From Neoechinorhynchus agilis (Eukaryota; Animalia; Acanthocephala): a stretch of DNA of 64,000 nucleotides. Positions 1 through 12,920 of the stretch are shown here, in pieces (positions within the stretch are counted from its first letter, which is position 1; each line of letters starts with the position of its first letter). The notes under the pieces are model-generated. The model was not told the origin of the DNA, searched no databases, and saw only the letters and a list, made by a program, of their open reading frames with translations. The DNA is taken from NCBI GenBank assembly GCA_051530055.1, contig CM121342.1, positions 6,740,864 through 6,804,863 on the forward strand. Reading direction: 5' to 3'. Made by a program: the position numbers and the translations under genes.

Positions 1-685
1 GATTATAGAACTTTTTTATTTACACCACTATTACATAATTTATAGTCAACTAGTTGAGATTTTTTTAATCTTCAATTATTTTTGTGTTATTGTGGTGGCA
101 ATCGTTGTCACTGAACAAAATATCACCGGAAGTAAACGTATACATTACTGTTATTGCAATCAACGGATATCGTCGAGAATATATGGAATACGGCCTCTAA
201 AACTACTCAAACTTAAATCTATCGATAAAACTACGCCGTTATAAAACATCACCGCTACAATCAATAATCCTGCAATCACCTCTTCTACAACCGATATTAA
301 ACATTGAATTTTAGCGTTACAATTCAATGTGTATTCGATGTCCACCTTCATTCGGTCCAGCCCTGAAGATGCTGAATACTTTTGTGTCATAAAATTAACT
401 ATTTTGATAACTACTGAATTGCGTAAATAATAACACTTCAAACAATACGATCAAATGGATAATTTTTTATTCTTAGATAATTTTTATCGCAGATTTATTA
501 TCGAACAGAAAATGGGTGTTTTATTTGTTTATTGCTTCAAATTTTCGACGCCTTGCGTCTTCGTCAGGAAGCTTTTCTTCGGTTATCTGAAAAGGAATCA
601 GAGGAGGGCAACGCTGTCCGGTTTAATTATCATATTTGAATGCTACTTCTTTATAGTTTCAACCATTTAGGCCTCATTTCGACAC

Positions 686-1484
686 ATGATGCAAGTTATC
701 TATTCGAATGAATTATTCGCCGGGGCATGTCTCACAAGCGGGGGTCATCGAATTTTCACAGCTCCGATTGTGAATATTGATCCATGGGTCGTTAAAAGGC
801 CTCATTACATCTCCGCATTAATTGATTTTGCAGAGAGATTAAATGCGGACGGTCTTCTTTCTGGAAAGGTAATTCAGATTTCACTTGCCAATAATTCGAT
901 CCTAACGAATACAGACTTTCTTTGCAAGTGCGCTCAAGGCTCCAATGCGTGTATCGGCTCTAGCAAACTCGTTGTGTCATCTAAATTGCAAAGGCAGAAA
1001 TGAAGCCAATAGAGAAATGAAGAAATTGGTTGCAATGTTTCGAGATAGGATAATCCGAGGACAGCAAGAAAGGCGAGAACGATCACCAATCACTGTTCAA
1101 GTATTTGGACAAAAACCTAGTAGTCATTTTATAATAGAAGCTGTCGATTTGGAACATTGCATTGGAGGGGCGTGTATTCTAAGGAGCCCTAAACATAATC
1201 GAACGGTGGATAAGGATTTGCTTCTTATATCCGAAGCATCGGAATGCGTCGGCGATATGATTGCATCGTTTAATGATCAAGGTGATTGTCAAAGCTACAA
1301 GCAACTGGTTGTTGAAGGTGCCAAATTTTGTCGAGAACGTCATCCTCCAACGGTTGTTTCAAAGTCTCATCCGAAAGTCGACACATCACTGGATTATAAG
1401 TCGTGTTCATTGTGCTCGTTTAAGTTAAAGGAGATGCCTCAAATCGGAAAATCTTTAAGAATGGGTGTTGTAGAATTTAAATGA
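686..1484 (+). CDS. Gene X, copy 1: uncharacterised ~250 aa protein, two exons (686-868, 915-1484); 5' end may extend further upstream
   Basis: ORFs 686..1003 and 945..1484 join in frame on removal of a 46-nt phase-0 intron at 869-914 (GTAATT donor, CTAAC branch at 902-906, ACAG acceptor). The same intron is in all three copies. No family recognised. Confidence 0.7.
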
Positions 1485-1581
1485 ATTAAAATGGAAATAA
1501 CAAATTTTATTAGCAAAAATTTAATTATGAATTTATAAAATCAGAGATCTTAAAAATCGAAAAGATTCCCCGGCTTACCTA

Positions 1582-2457
1582 GTGACCTCGGTATATCACA
1601 ATCCTTGCCAACAAAGCGATTTAGACATCGCAACCAATGCTCCTTTATGTTACATACCAACGAGTGTTCGTAAAACAATGAGTGATATTATTGAGTATGT
1701 TTGCCTCACTTCAGGATTCATAGAACTCGATCAAAAAACTATTGCACAAGAGCGTTCGAACGCTGTTGATGATCGAGCTGCAATTTCGATGGTCGTGAAA
1801 GCCAATTTTCACCCTAATGCTCAACTATCTCTGGAGGAACTCTACAAAGAGGGTCATACTGCTCGTTGTCTTTTGGGCGTCCTTGAAGTAAACATCGACA
1901 ATTTCCTACGGTGCATCCCCGATCAATCGTTCCTTCGAGTTGCCCAGCGCAAACTCTCCCCGCGTGCTTTGTTCTACCTCCGTGCCAAACTTCCATGTGA
2001 TTCCTGGCCAATAACTTTGCGACAAAGCCAAGGTGCACGACTTCTAAGAAAAGAATCTTTAATTGCTTGCAATCAAGGTATCATTCGAAACTTATTAAAT
2101 TCTGAGACTATAGATCAATTCACGTATTCTGTCCCCCGCGTTCTCGCGAAAAATATGATAACCTTGGACGAAGTATCCGTTGACGATACTGAGAACGAAT
2201 GGCTTGCACTTTCACAGCTATTCAGGAAGTGCGCCGAGGCAATGGGAATCTCGGAACGCGAGTATTCGCTTCATGTAAAACGTTTCCGCTTATTGTTCTC
2301 TCCTGCGTTCACGAGGATCCTGGATCCGAACTGCGATTCTACAAGTGATCAAACGGCACTAATCGAGTTCTTTGAGATCATAAAGACGTCGGTTATGGAG
2401 TCGATAGAGACAAGAAATATTGTAAGACCACTTAAACGAAAGAGAAGAAAATTATAA
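1582..2457 (+). CDS. Gene Y, copy 1 (only uninterrupted copy): uncharacterised predicted helical protein with C-terminal basic NLS-like motif RPLKRKRRKL
   Basis: 291-codon ORF conserved in 3 other copies. The true start is uncertain (GTG call; the frame is open upstream). Confidence 0.7.
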   Translation: MTSVYHNPCQQSDLDIATNAPLCYIPTSVRKTMSDIIEYVCLTSGFIELDQKTIAQERSNAVDDRAAISMVVKANFHPNAQLSLEELYKEGHTARCLLGVLEVNIDNFLRCIPDQSFLRVAQRKLSPRALFYLRAKLPCDSWPITLRQSQGARLLRKESLIACNQGIIRNLLNSETIDQFTYSVPRVLAKNMITLDEVSVDDTENEWLALSQLFRKCAEAMGISEREYSLHVKRFRLLFSPAFTRILDPNCDSTSDQTALIEFFEIIKTSVMESIETRNIVRPLKRKRRKL

Positions 2458-2519
2458 AAGTACAAATGGATGAGAATGAATAATTAGAGCGAAATAAACG
2501 TATTCGCTTAATAAATGGG

Positions 2520-4360
2520 TTTTTTTTGGAACAACCCGAATATTTTTGAAAACCTCTGTTTACAAATGTATTCAATCAATCTTCATTTCTCGACAATTAA
2601 CACACTCACCACCTTCCGCCGAATTCCAGCTTTTGTCCTTCCTCGACCGTCGCAATCACGCTGGCAGCATTGCCCCGTTGTACTGCTAGCGAGATATTTT
2701 GTCGAAGGAATACGCACGCTCTTGAGTCTCCGGTTGCCTCTCTCAATTTCTTCGAGAGATCCTGGAGCAGAGAGAGTGCCGAGCTGCCGAGCGCTCCATA
2801 CGTCTCTACCCCAAAGGGGACAAAATAGTGAACCCTCGATAAGTGAAGATATTTCCGTATTTTCCTCCCTTCCGCTGCACTGGCGGCACCACCGGCGATT
2901 TCGAGGGAGTAGGGGATGTTGCTGGCTGCGATGGTATCCACGCACGTGGCGCCTCAGAGAAGGCATTTGCCTTCCCGCCACGGGAAGACCGAAATTCCAT
3001 CGGGCCTACGGCCGTCTAGTCTACAGAGGTGGGCGGGTTCCAGGATGTTCGGGTAGTTCGTCGTTCTCAACGCCCGAGATATTGCGTTATTGATTTCAGA
3101 ATGGCGTGAGAACCTTTCTGCTGACCTTCTGCAGACGAGACCGTGTCGCCCGAAAGCATCAACCAAAGACCCACATCGACAGCGATGGGGCGTGCATATC
3201 GGGAGACCAAGTCTTATGGATACTGCGATCCTCGTTACCTCGTCAGTAAGAAGAGTTCCCACTGATGCCAGAGGAACAGCCTCCAACCACGCCCCAGATT
3301 CTCGTGTTGAAACTGCCAACAGTCTAGCTCGGACGACCCCACCGCGAGAACCGGAAAGTAGAGAGCTGTGAGCTCTCGCGACAAGAGGTCCGTCCCAGAT
3401 CGACTGTTTGAGGCCATTCACGGGAACATGGTTAGCGCCTGTCTGCTGGCACCATTCCTCAACCGCCACCACGAAATCCCTGTCAAGACAGAACTTTCCT
3501 TCAAAATGTTCTTCGAGACCGGTAGGCTCCCCTCAAACGATCCAAGAAAGGCTGGCAAAGCAAGGTCGACTAGTGCCCGAATTCCCAATCCCCCAGATGA
3601 CACAGGCAAAGAAGCTTGTCGCCACGCCTAATCTGAGAGCTGGACATTTAAAATACGCTCGAGGCATGCCCTCACCTTATCGTCCAGCTTTGCCAATCCT
3701 TTTTTGTGTTTGAAAAACGATCTCATCTTCCACATTTGAATCGAAGACGCAACTGCCCAGGAGGCTGAGTTGTTACCGAGTCACGAGTTTCAGGCCTGGA
3801 GCTACGGCCTCGAACCCAGCCATTAGTTCTTTGACTTTGGCGGCGTCTCCAATATTCAGTACAAGGAGCTCACATTTTCCAGCATTAAGCTAATGCCCAT
3901 CTTCGAGGTCTCCATAATCAGCGTCTCCTAATCGCGCAGTACAACGGAGGGATCACCTCCGAGCGTAGCGTCATCCAAGTACCAAGCGTTGAAGCTGGAA
4001 TGGAGAGAGTGCGCTATTGGATTTACTGTTAGGGAGAATGCGATTGGACTGAGGGGATCTCCTTGCTGCACTCCTCTTTCAAACCAAATGAGGTGGTCTT
4101 CGAAAAGCAAAGGAGTCGCCGTTCCGTAGGCATTGAAAAAATACTGGAAGGCTTCTGGTGCGTGATCCCTAATTGCGCAAAAGATGCTTTCTCTATTGAG
4201 AGAGTTAAAGGCGTTCCGAAAATCGCACTTAAGAATCACGCACGGCTCCGAGCTTCTCGTAGCAAAGTTTCGGAGCGAGTTGTCGCAAATGCAAGCAGCG
4301 ATGATAATCAAACAGTGGTTCGTCAACAAATAATTGCAAACAAGTAAACAAAATCAGAGA
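2520..4360 (-). mobile_element. CRE-clade non-LTR retrotransposon (subfamily A), fragmented, inverted relative to 8730-11290
   Basis: Minus ORFs carry GVQQGDPLSP, WYLDD, ESGAWLEAVP, CxxxHxCxC...HGLVC, RH..IN and RPDG..PW motifs. T-run at 2519-2527 is the A-tail on the minus strand. Confidence 0.92.
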
Positions 4361-4900
4361 CGACAACGATGCCAGCACGCTTGCTGGACGCGTTTCTTCG
4401 AAACTCGCAGACGAAGATGTCAGAAGAACAGTTCGTCTTTTATCATCAATGGACAGTCTCGCTAAAGATGACGAATAAACTTTAAGAACTCTTTGTTCCA
4501 GACATCCGTGACGGCGGTCTAAAGTACTTGCTGGGTCTGGTTCAGTCGAGGTCACCAATTCAGCGGCAACACATAATCAACACGAAGTATTTTTATTGTT
4601 GTACTCTACAATGGTCAAATATGCGTTGTCCTTCGTTCCGTTCGCCGGCACAAACTTCCTACGGTTGCACTTCTGGCACCCGAAAGAAGTCGTTCCACAA
4701 CGGCAGCGATGGGATGTACACATCGGTACCCAAGTCTCGGTGGTCACTACAATGCTTACTGTCTCGTCGGAGTGTACCCACAGAAGCGATTGGGATAGCG
4801 TTGAGCCAAGCACCCGATTCTCCCATAGAGACTGTGGCCAGGTGAGTTCGATCCACCACGTTACGAGAATCTGAAATAAAAGAGTTATGAACTCTCGTAA
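4361..4900. mobile_element. Mosaic of CRE subfamily B fragments (plus-strand 5' piece ~4361-4525; minus-strand RLE-region piece ~4530-4900)
   Basis: Plus translation RVSSKLADEDVRRTVRLLSS; minus translation ESGAWLNAIPIASVGTL. Confidence 0.75.
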
Positions 4901-5029
4901 TCAGGAGTGAACCACAAACTGACTATTTGCGGCCATTAACGGGTACCCATTTTCGATCCTAATCCTTAGCTCTGAAATAGAGCAGTGACGCAAGTTCTTA
5001 ATCTGAAAGAAACACTCGAAGAATAAGCG

Positions 5030-5930
5030 ACTTTCCAACTTCTTTGACTACGTGGAACTCCCTCGGCGCCCTATAAACCATAAAGGTCAGTTTCGAATCC
5101 CTTCCACTTTAGACACTCTCTTTATCCTCTGAATAAAGTAAATAATTATCACATAACCTCCCCGTCCAGCTGTATCTGATCCAAACCCAGTCTGAACTCT
5201 AAACTCTCTTCTATCACTGCCAATCACTCATAACAATATAAATTTTTTATTCGCTTTCGGACTTCTCTCTTTGGGATAATCAATCGTTCTATATCGGCAA
5301 CTTGTAACGATTCCTCCATAAATCAATCACCCGCGACAAACAGCGCAACCATAATCTCTCTCATTTCTGCCCCGGTTTGCAGAAATCCAAAATTCCCCTC
5401 CCTACCGTAATCCACTCCAATACTCGTAACCTCCCCTAAACTGGATGAAATTTCACTCATTTCATCTAGCACAAAAGCCGACGTAGTCGTCTTAACAGAA
5501 ACGTGGCTTACCCCCTTTAACAGCGATTCAGCTATCCTTCCCGGGTACTCTTCCTTCCATACCGCGAGGACCGTCCTGAAGGGTCTCAATTTACATACGA
5601 CAATCGCTACCATACTCTTTATCTCTCATAGATTCTCTACAAAACACAGATTTGAGAAATGTCCTTTGAGAATTCACCATTGTTGGCGTCTATCACCCTC
5701 TTGCCTCTCGCCCTGAGTCCTCTTTTCTCCAACTTGATTCTATGATGGAGCTCACAAACTCACACCATTTCTTAAATGCAGGGGAATTCAATAAACTATT
5801 TCCTCTTTCGCCCTTCTCCGAGTTGCGTCAACTTATTGACTTCCCAACTCGTCTTGATGTTCACCTCGACAAAGTCTTCAACAATATCCATACCTACTCA
5901 TCCGCCTCTAAACTCCCTCCATCCAAGTGA
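5030..5930 (+). mobile_element. LINE (CR1/L2-like group) APE endonuclease remnant
   Basis: Plus translation ADVVVLTETWL...PGYSSFH and GEFN...LRQLIDFPTRLDVHLDKVFNN, matching EEP/APE motifs, with stops and frameshifts. Confidence 0.8.
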
Positions 5931-5931
5931 C

Positions 5932-6270
5932 TATCAGTAATCCATAATTTTAGCTTTTGGTTAATGAAAAAAGGTATTTTGAGGTGCGGTCTTGGCAGAG
6001 GACGCATCCGTATCGTTTTTGACTGTCAATCTCAAACTCAAATAGATAATAATTTTCAGCCAATAGCTATGAAGTAAAGTGTCGTTGATATAAAATCCGC
6101 GAATTCTTATGCACTAAAACCGTGCATAATTTTGGATTAAAAATTCAGTGATTCGGTTACCCTCTAAGAATACAATAAAACATTTTATCTTAGGTTTTCC
6201 CAAGCTATTCAACATGCAATTAACATATTTAACATATCCCATTTTTATATAATTAAAATAAAAGGGGTGT
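5932..6270 (-). repeat. Orphan copy of the LRR-gene upstream region
   Basis: The reverse complement aligns by eye with 55600-55870 and 39780-40090. No LRR CDS follows. Confidence 0.8.
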
Positions 6271-8644
6271 GTCCAGGAGCGTCACCATCGCCAAAACTCA
6301 AATCGGTCGCTTGCTGGACGCGTTTCTTAAAAGCCCGCAGACAAGGAGTCAAAGGTAAATGGGTCCTCTTCTTTGTGAATCAACAAATAAAACGTGTTAT
6401 TATTAAGAAACTTTACGAACTCTTCGTTCCATACATCCGAGTGACGACGGACGGCAGTTTTTCGTGAAATCCGTCTACTTCGATACGATCCCTTATGTTT
6501 TATCATCGAAATCATAAGTGAAGATGGCAATCTCCTCTTTTGCTGACGGATCCGCTCACGGGCTATACGGGTTGCGGCCAAAACACCTCAAGGATAGGAC
6601 TTCCTTTTCAGTAGGTTATGCTGCTCAGTCCCTTGAAAATGCATTGGAACGCTTAGTCGGTCAATTTCCATGGGAAGGGTTAATTCCGAATGCAATTGAG
6701 CTATTTTTCGGAGCATCGCTGTGTAAAATCGCGAAATAGGAAAGTGGGATTCGTGCCATTGCAATTGTAACAACTCTGCACCGCTTAACAATAAAAATTT
6801 TATATTAGCGATGCTGCTTCGTCCTATTCAGTTAGACTTCTGTATACCTTGTGGCGCACTCCGCACGTTCATTATCGGAAACTCAAAGCCGTGCGTGATC
6901 TTGAAATGTTATTTCATAAATGCATTCAACACAGTTCACCGAGCAGATTTGCTCAAAGTAGTTAGAGATCACGCATCAGTAGCATTTCGCTATTTCGTTA
7001 ATGCCCACGGGACTTCAAATCCTTTGTTGTTCAATAACGACGTTTTGTGGTCAGAAAGAGGAGTTAAACAAGGGGATCCTTTGGGCTCAATAACCTTCTC
7101 ACTCGCAGTCCATCCCGTCGACAAACCCTCTCCAGTCCAGCTTTAACGGCTGGTACCTGGATGATGCCACGCTCGGAGGTAACCCCCTGTAGTGCTGCGC
7201 GATATGGAGACACTCGTGATGGAGACGGTGAATATTTTCCATTGAATCGAATGCTGCGAAATGCGAGATTTTAGTGATGAACGTGGTTCGACGAGGCAAA
7301 CTATCGTGAACGATCTTCAGAACCGTGCCCCTCGGGATAGAATTGATCACTCCAGACGGTTGTCTTCTAGGAAGTTGCATTTTTGTTCTAATGTCGAAGC
7401 AGAGATTGCCAACCTTCAAACGCAACCTTCGGTGCTGTGCGAACGAGTTGATGAATTATCTTCACAAAAAGGCTCTGTTCCTGATCAAGAACAACATAAG
7501 CTGCGCACAGCATCTTTTTTTAGACCTGGGGATAAGCTGGCAAAATTAGACGAGACAGAGAAAAGTCTCTATCGAGAAGATTTTAAATACTCAGCTGTCA
7601 GACGAGGCCTGGCGTCAAACGTCCTTGCCTGTGTCGTTCGGCGGTTTGTTTATCCGATATAGAGCCGATATTTCTCTGCCAGTTTATTTGGAATCGTATG
7701 AAGCAAACCGCAGAATAGTTCAGTCTTTTCCTGGCGCGAATTACACTTTGGATGAAGATTTCGTGGCGCCGCTTAATCTTTGGTGTGGAGATTCAGGCAG
7801 CAAGCAGATCCCCGTCAATGGCTGCAAACAATCAGTTTGGGACTTACTCATGGTAGCGAGAATTAGTAACTCTTTAATTTCAGATTCTCGTGACCTGGTG
7901 AACCGAACTCGATTGGTGGCAGTCTCTACAAGAGAATCGGGTGCTTGTCTCAACGCTCTCATAATCGCTTCTTTTGGTACCCTTCACCGTCCGACGAGAC
8001 AGTAAGGATTGCAGTGACCCGCTGAGACTTGGGGTACCGATATGCACCTCCAATCGCTGCCGTTGTGGATCCTCCGTTGAGCCATGGGGACGCCATGGTC
8101 TCTTAGACGGAAGGTACTCACAACATGTCGAAATGAACGCAATTCTGAGTCGTGCCCTGAATACTGTGAATGCATCCAACATCCTAGAGCCGAGCAATCT
8201 TTGCCGACTCGATAGCCGTAGACCGGACGGTGTCAAAGTATTCCTATGGGGAGGGGAGGCAAATGCCTTCTCTGGGACGCCAGCAGCAATCGTCGCCTAG
8301 GAAGGCAAAACGACAACATACATGGACCTGAGTCGAAATCATTATTTTGTTCCTTTTGGTGTCGAGGCATTCGGATCGTTTGGTACCGCGGCGCAGGACC
8401 TGGTCAAGCAATTGTCTAAGAGATTGAGACGAATCACTGGCGATCCGAGAACAGGAGTATTCCTTCTGCAAAACATTAGTCTAGCTGTGCAACGAGGGAA
8501 CGCTGCATCCGTCCTTTCGACCGTTAAACCGGGACGGCAGCTGAGTGATCCAGAGGGGCGGTGGTGCAAATGATCTTATGACTGTGATTTCGCGTATTTG
8601 TGCCAAAGGGATTTCTAGAATGTCAGGTAAAAATGAACTTCATT
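6270..8644 (+). mobile_element. CRE subfamily B, heavily decayed near-full RT-RLE copy
   Basis: Fragments GLYGLRPKHLKD, ERGVKQGDPLG, LCRLDSRRPDG and QNISLAVQRGNAAS. The 3' end is defined by the match to the isolated 3' UTR piece at ~47915-47970. Confidence 0.88.
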
Positions 8645-8729
8645 AAGTGAATACTCTTTGTAGGCTGCACAATATAAAGATTTTGCAGTTAGGCACACTA
8701 ATCGAGTAAAGTTGAAATGATAAGACCGC

Positions 8730-11290
8730 GGTGATTCTGGGATGTCTTTGACATCAACAATCAAGGAAAGGTTAGATTCCTTTGAACAAATATTTAAAAA
8801 TTTTGAAAGGAATCTCCGCGAGGTTTCTAAGGGACGCACGAAGGAAGAGTATCGCTGCCGTTTTTCAAAGCGATCACTGACTGAGCGTGTCTCTTCGAAG
8901 CTTGCGGACGGGGATGTTCGGGGGGCTGTTCGGTTATTGTCATCCTCCGACAGTTTCGCAAAAGGAGACAGCGAGACGCTACAAATACTCCGGTCGAAGC
9001 ACCCATGTAGTAGCGGAAGCTTTGAAATTCCATCTCCTCCCATTCAGGACAGGACGCCCACTCAAATTTCAGAGATGAAAAGGGCCATCTCAACTTTTGC
9101 AAATGGTTCGGGTCACGGGCTTGACGGACTAAGGCCTCAGCACTTAAAGGACATGATGTCCTTTTCAACTGGTGAAGCAGCTCTCTCTAGAAAGTGCGCT
9201 TTCTCGAATAGTCGACCGCCTGACTGGAGAGGACCTGAACCCCGTTGCAAAAGACCTATTTTTCGGAGCATCATTATGTGCTCTCACAAAAAAAGAAGGT
9301 GGGATTCGTCCCATCGCCGTATCTTCGACGATACGCCGACTTGCAGGAAAAATTCTCTGCAAACGTATTACAGAGAAAACCGGGCAGCAACTTCGTCCAC
9401 TCCAACTGGGCTGCTGCACATCCTGCGGGGCGGAAGCTATCGTCCACTCGCTCCGAAACTTTGCTACGAGTAGCTCAGCGCCGTGCGTGATTCTTAAGTG
9501 CGATTTTCGGAACGCCTTTAACTCTCTTAATAGAGAAAGCATGTTCCGCGCAATTAGGGATCACGCACCAGAAGCCTTCCAGTATTTTCTCAATGCCTAC
9601 GGGACGGCGATTCCTTTGCTTTTCGAAGACCACCTCATTTGGTCCGAAAGAGGAGTGCAGCAAGGAGATCCCCTCGGTCCAATCGGATTCTCCATAACAG
9701 TAAACCCAATAGCGCATTTTCTCCATTCCAGCTTCAACGCTTGGTACTTGGATGGCGCTACGCTCGGAGGTGATCCCTCCGTTGTACTGCGCGATTTGGA
9801 GACGCTGATTAGGGAGACCTCGAAGATGGGCATTGAGCTTAATGCTGGAAAATGTGAGCTCCTTGTACTGAATATTGGAGACGCCGCTAAAGTCAAAGAA
9901 CTAATGGCTGGGTTCGAGGCCGTAGCTCCAGGTCTGAAACTCGTGACTCGGGAACAACTCAGCCTCTTGGGCAGTTGTGTCTTCGATTCAAATGTGGAAG
10001 ATGAGATCGGCCATATCATACCGAAACTTTCGTTGCTGTGCGATAGGGTGTGCGCTCTCTCGGCTCATGAAGCCTTGTTTCTCATAAAGAACGCGCTCTT
10101 CATCCCCAAATTATTGTACAAGGTTCGCACAGCAACATTTTTCAAACACAAAGAAGGATTGGCAAAGCTGGACAATAAGGTGAGGGCTTGCCTCGAGCGT
10201 ATTTTAAATGTCCAGCTCTCAGATGAGGCGTGGCGACAAGCTTCTTTGCCTGTGTCATTTGGGGGATTGGGAATTCGGGCACTAGTCGACCTTGCTTTGC
10301 CGGCCTTTCTTGGATCGTTTGAGGGGAGCCTACCAGTCTCGAAGAACATTTTGAAAGAAAAGTTTTGTCTTGACCGGGATTTCGTGGTGGCGGTTGAGGA
10401 ATGGTGCCAGCAGACAGGCGCTAACCAAGTTCCCGTGAATGGCCTCAGACAGTCGATCTGGGACGGACCTCTTGTCGCGAGAGCTCACAGCTCTCTTCTT
10501 TCAGGTTCTCGCGATGGGGTCGTCCGAGCTAGACTGTTGGCAGTTTCAACACGAGAATCTGGGGCGTGGTTGGAGGCTGTTCCTCTGGCATCAGTGGGAA
10601 CTCTTCTTACTGACGAGGTAACGAGGATCGCAGTATCCTTAAGACTTGGTCTCCCGATATGCACGCCCCATCGCTGTCGATGTGGGTCTTTGGTTGATGC
10701 TTTCGGGCGACACGGTCTCGTCTGCAGAAGGTCAGCAGGAAGGTTTTCACGCCATTCTGAAATCAATAACGTAATTTCTCGGGCGTTGAGAACGGCGAAC
10801 TTCCCGAACATCCTGGAACCCGCCCACCTCTGCAGACTAGACGGCCGTAGGCCCGATGGAATTTCGGTCTTCCCGTGGCGGGAGGGCAAATGCCTTCTCT
10901 GGGACGCCACGTGTGTAGACACCCTCGCAGCCAGCAACATCCCCTACTCCCTCGAAATCGCCGGTGGTGCCGCCAGTGCAGCGGAAGGGAGGAAGGTACG
11001 AAAATATATGCAGCTATCGAGGGCTCACTATTTTGTCCCCTTTGGGGTAGAGACGTATGGAGCGCTCGGCAGCTCGGCACTCTCTCTGCTCAAGGATCTC
11101 TCGAAGAAATTGAGAGGCAACCGGAGACTCAAGAGCAGGCTTATTTCTTCGACAAAATATCTCGCTGGCAGTACAACGGGGCAATGCTGCCAGCGTGATG
11201 GCGACGGTCGAGGAAGGACAAAAGCTGGAATTTGGTGGGAGGTGGTGAATGTAAAGAAAAGTAACCAAATAGAAAACAATACTGCCTAAA
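8730..11290 (+). mobile_element. CRE subfamily A, 5'-truncated, inserted into the cassette spacer; RT catalytic motif altered (YLDG)
   Basis: ORFs 8742..9473 and 9172..11289 give RT plus RLE. The flanks (GATAAGACCG ... GAATAAAAATCTATAGC) are nearly contiguous at 31206-31250. Confidence 0.93.
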
Positions 11291-11908
11291 AAAATCGAGT
11301 GTATAAATTCCTTAAATTTCTGAATAAAAATCTATAGCACAAATGCAGGGAGATGAATGTCTAAACTAAAATTGTTTGATTAAATATTACTTATAAAATC
11401 ATTTAGCTGAAGAGACACTGAAAATCTTGTTAGTACAACGTATTATATTGTGAATAATAGAAATAAATTGCTTATTGAATGGACAAATAAAGTAAAGTAG
11501 AGGATCCCTTGATTTTGATCAAAAGACTGTGTACATAAGAAGCAAAGATGTTACTCAAAAAAGTGATGGCCAACTGAGGAGATATTTTTATCAATAGATC
11601 GATGTTGAAATTGCGTTTAAATTTGAACAGATATAGAAATGGTTTGCAGATATGCTGCTTCCATAAAGAGTAAATTAAAGAGAAAACTTCATAATATGGC
11701 ATTGTTGCGGCATTGCACCTCATTTAATAGATCAAAAAAGATAATACCGTAAAATCCTCAGAATGTTTACGAGGATTTCGCTCTTGAGCGTGTATCCCAA
11801 ATGCAGCTGATCAAGAATTATTTTTCAATAAATAAGCAAAATACAATATAAGTTGAGCGTATAGAACAAATGCGAGATGTTGTTCCACAACAAAGCATAA
11901 AAAGCGTA

Positions 11909-12677
11909 TCAATAACTGAATACCTACAATCGCTAACGAGCATTACTATGAACATCTCACAAGTCTCCGATTTTTCACGCAAATATCATTCAAGTGAGTA
12001 TTCAGAAAAGCAAAATATACAATGAATTCTGAGACTAATGAAGTTCTTTAATACATTCTCGCTCAAGTGGACAACTAACTTTCGAATGCAGAGCGAGAAA
12101 GGATAACAAGCGAACTAATTGACCAAACCGATCCATAAATATTGATGGCAGCGACGGTGAATCAAAAGTGGATCAAGGCGCTGAAATATCTCATGAAAAT
12201 GCTACCGTTGGAGAGATTACAAAAGCAGAACGCAGAAGTAAAAGACAGGACTGGAAACGTCGGCCACAGTCGATGTTGCATAAAACGTGGAATAAGATAA
12301 ATTTCTGAATTGTATGATTATTACGGACTTTGGCTTTGCGAGAAGTGCATATAAAGTAGTAATCCAAAAGGCGAAACAGATATTGCTGGCCAACAGCGTC
12401 AATTTCAGAATGATTGCAACCAATTCACTGTCGCTGCCATCAAAAATTATGGGTTCTGTTGGATCAATTAGTTCAGTTTTTGCCTTTCTCGCCCTGCATT
12501 CTAAAGTTAGTTTTCCACTTGAGCGAGAATGTATTAAAGTACTTCAATAATCCCAGGATTTATTGCATCGTTTACCATTTTGAATATTGACTTAATGGAT
12601 ATTTACGTGAAGGATCGGAGAATTGGTTTGAAGTTCTTAGTAACGCTCGTTAGCAATTGTAGGTATTCTGTTATTGA
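11909..12677. repeat. Imperfect inverted repeat (arms ~11909-12162 and ~12423-12677) derived from the 5' end of the zinc-finger gene
   Basis: The arms are reverse-complementary over ~250 bp, roughly four-fifths identical by eye, and both resemble 51530-51790. Confidence 0.85.
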
Positions 12678-12920
12678 GACCCTTTTATGCATCGACAGCT
12701 CGAAAAAATACTGAGCACAATGAGGCGAAATCACGAATTTATTTATTTATTTAATTGGGATATCTTAAACGTGTGAATTGTTTGTTGAAAACATTGTTAA
12801 AACCTTTGAAAAAAGGCTTCAATTTATTCTTTGAAAGTAAAGAAATTCTTAAAGTTTTGATCTGATATTGTGAACGTTTTTTGCGTGCAGGAAATTCACG
12901 GATTTTTGTATTGTCGCAAA

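Noticed and set aside
160-670. ORFs 160..441 (-) and 455..670 (+) as genes
   Set aside because: The frames are not preserved in the other cassette copies and no motif is recognisable. At most a decayed remnant.
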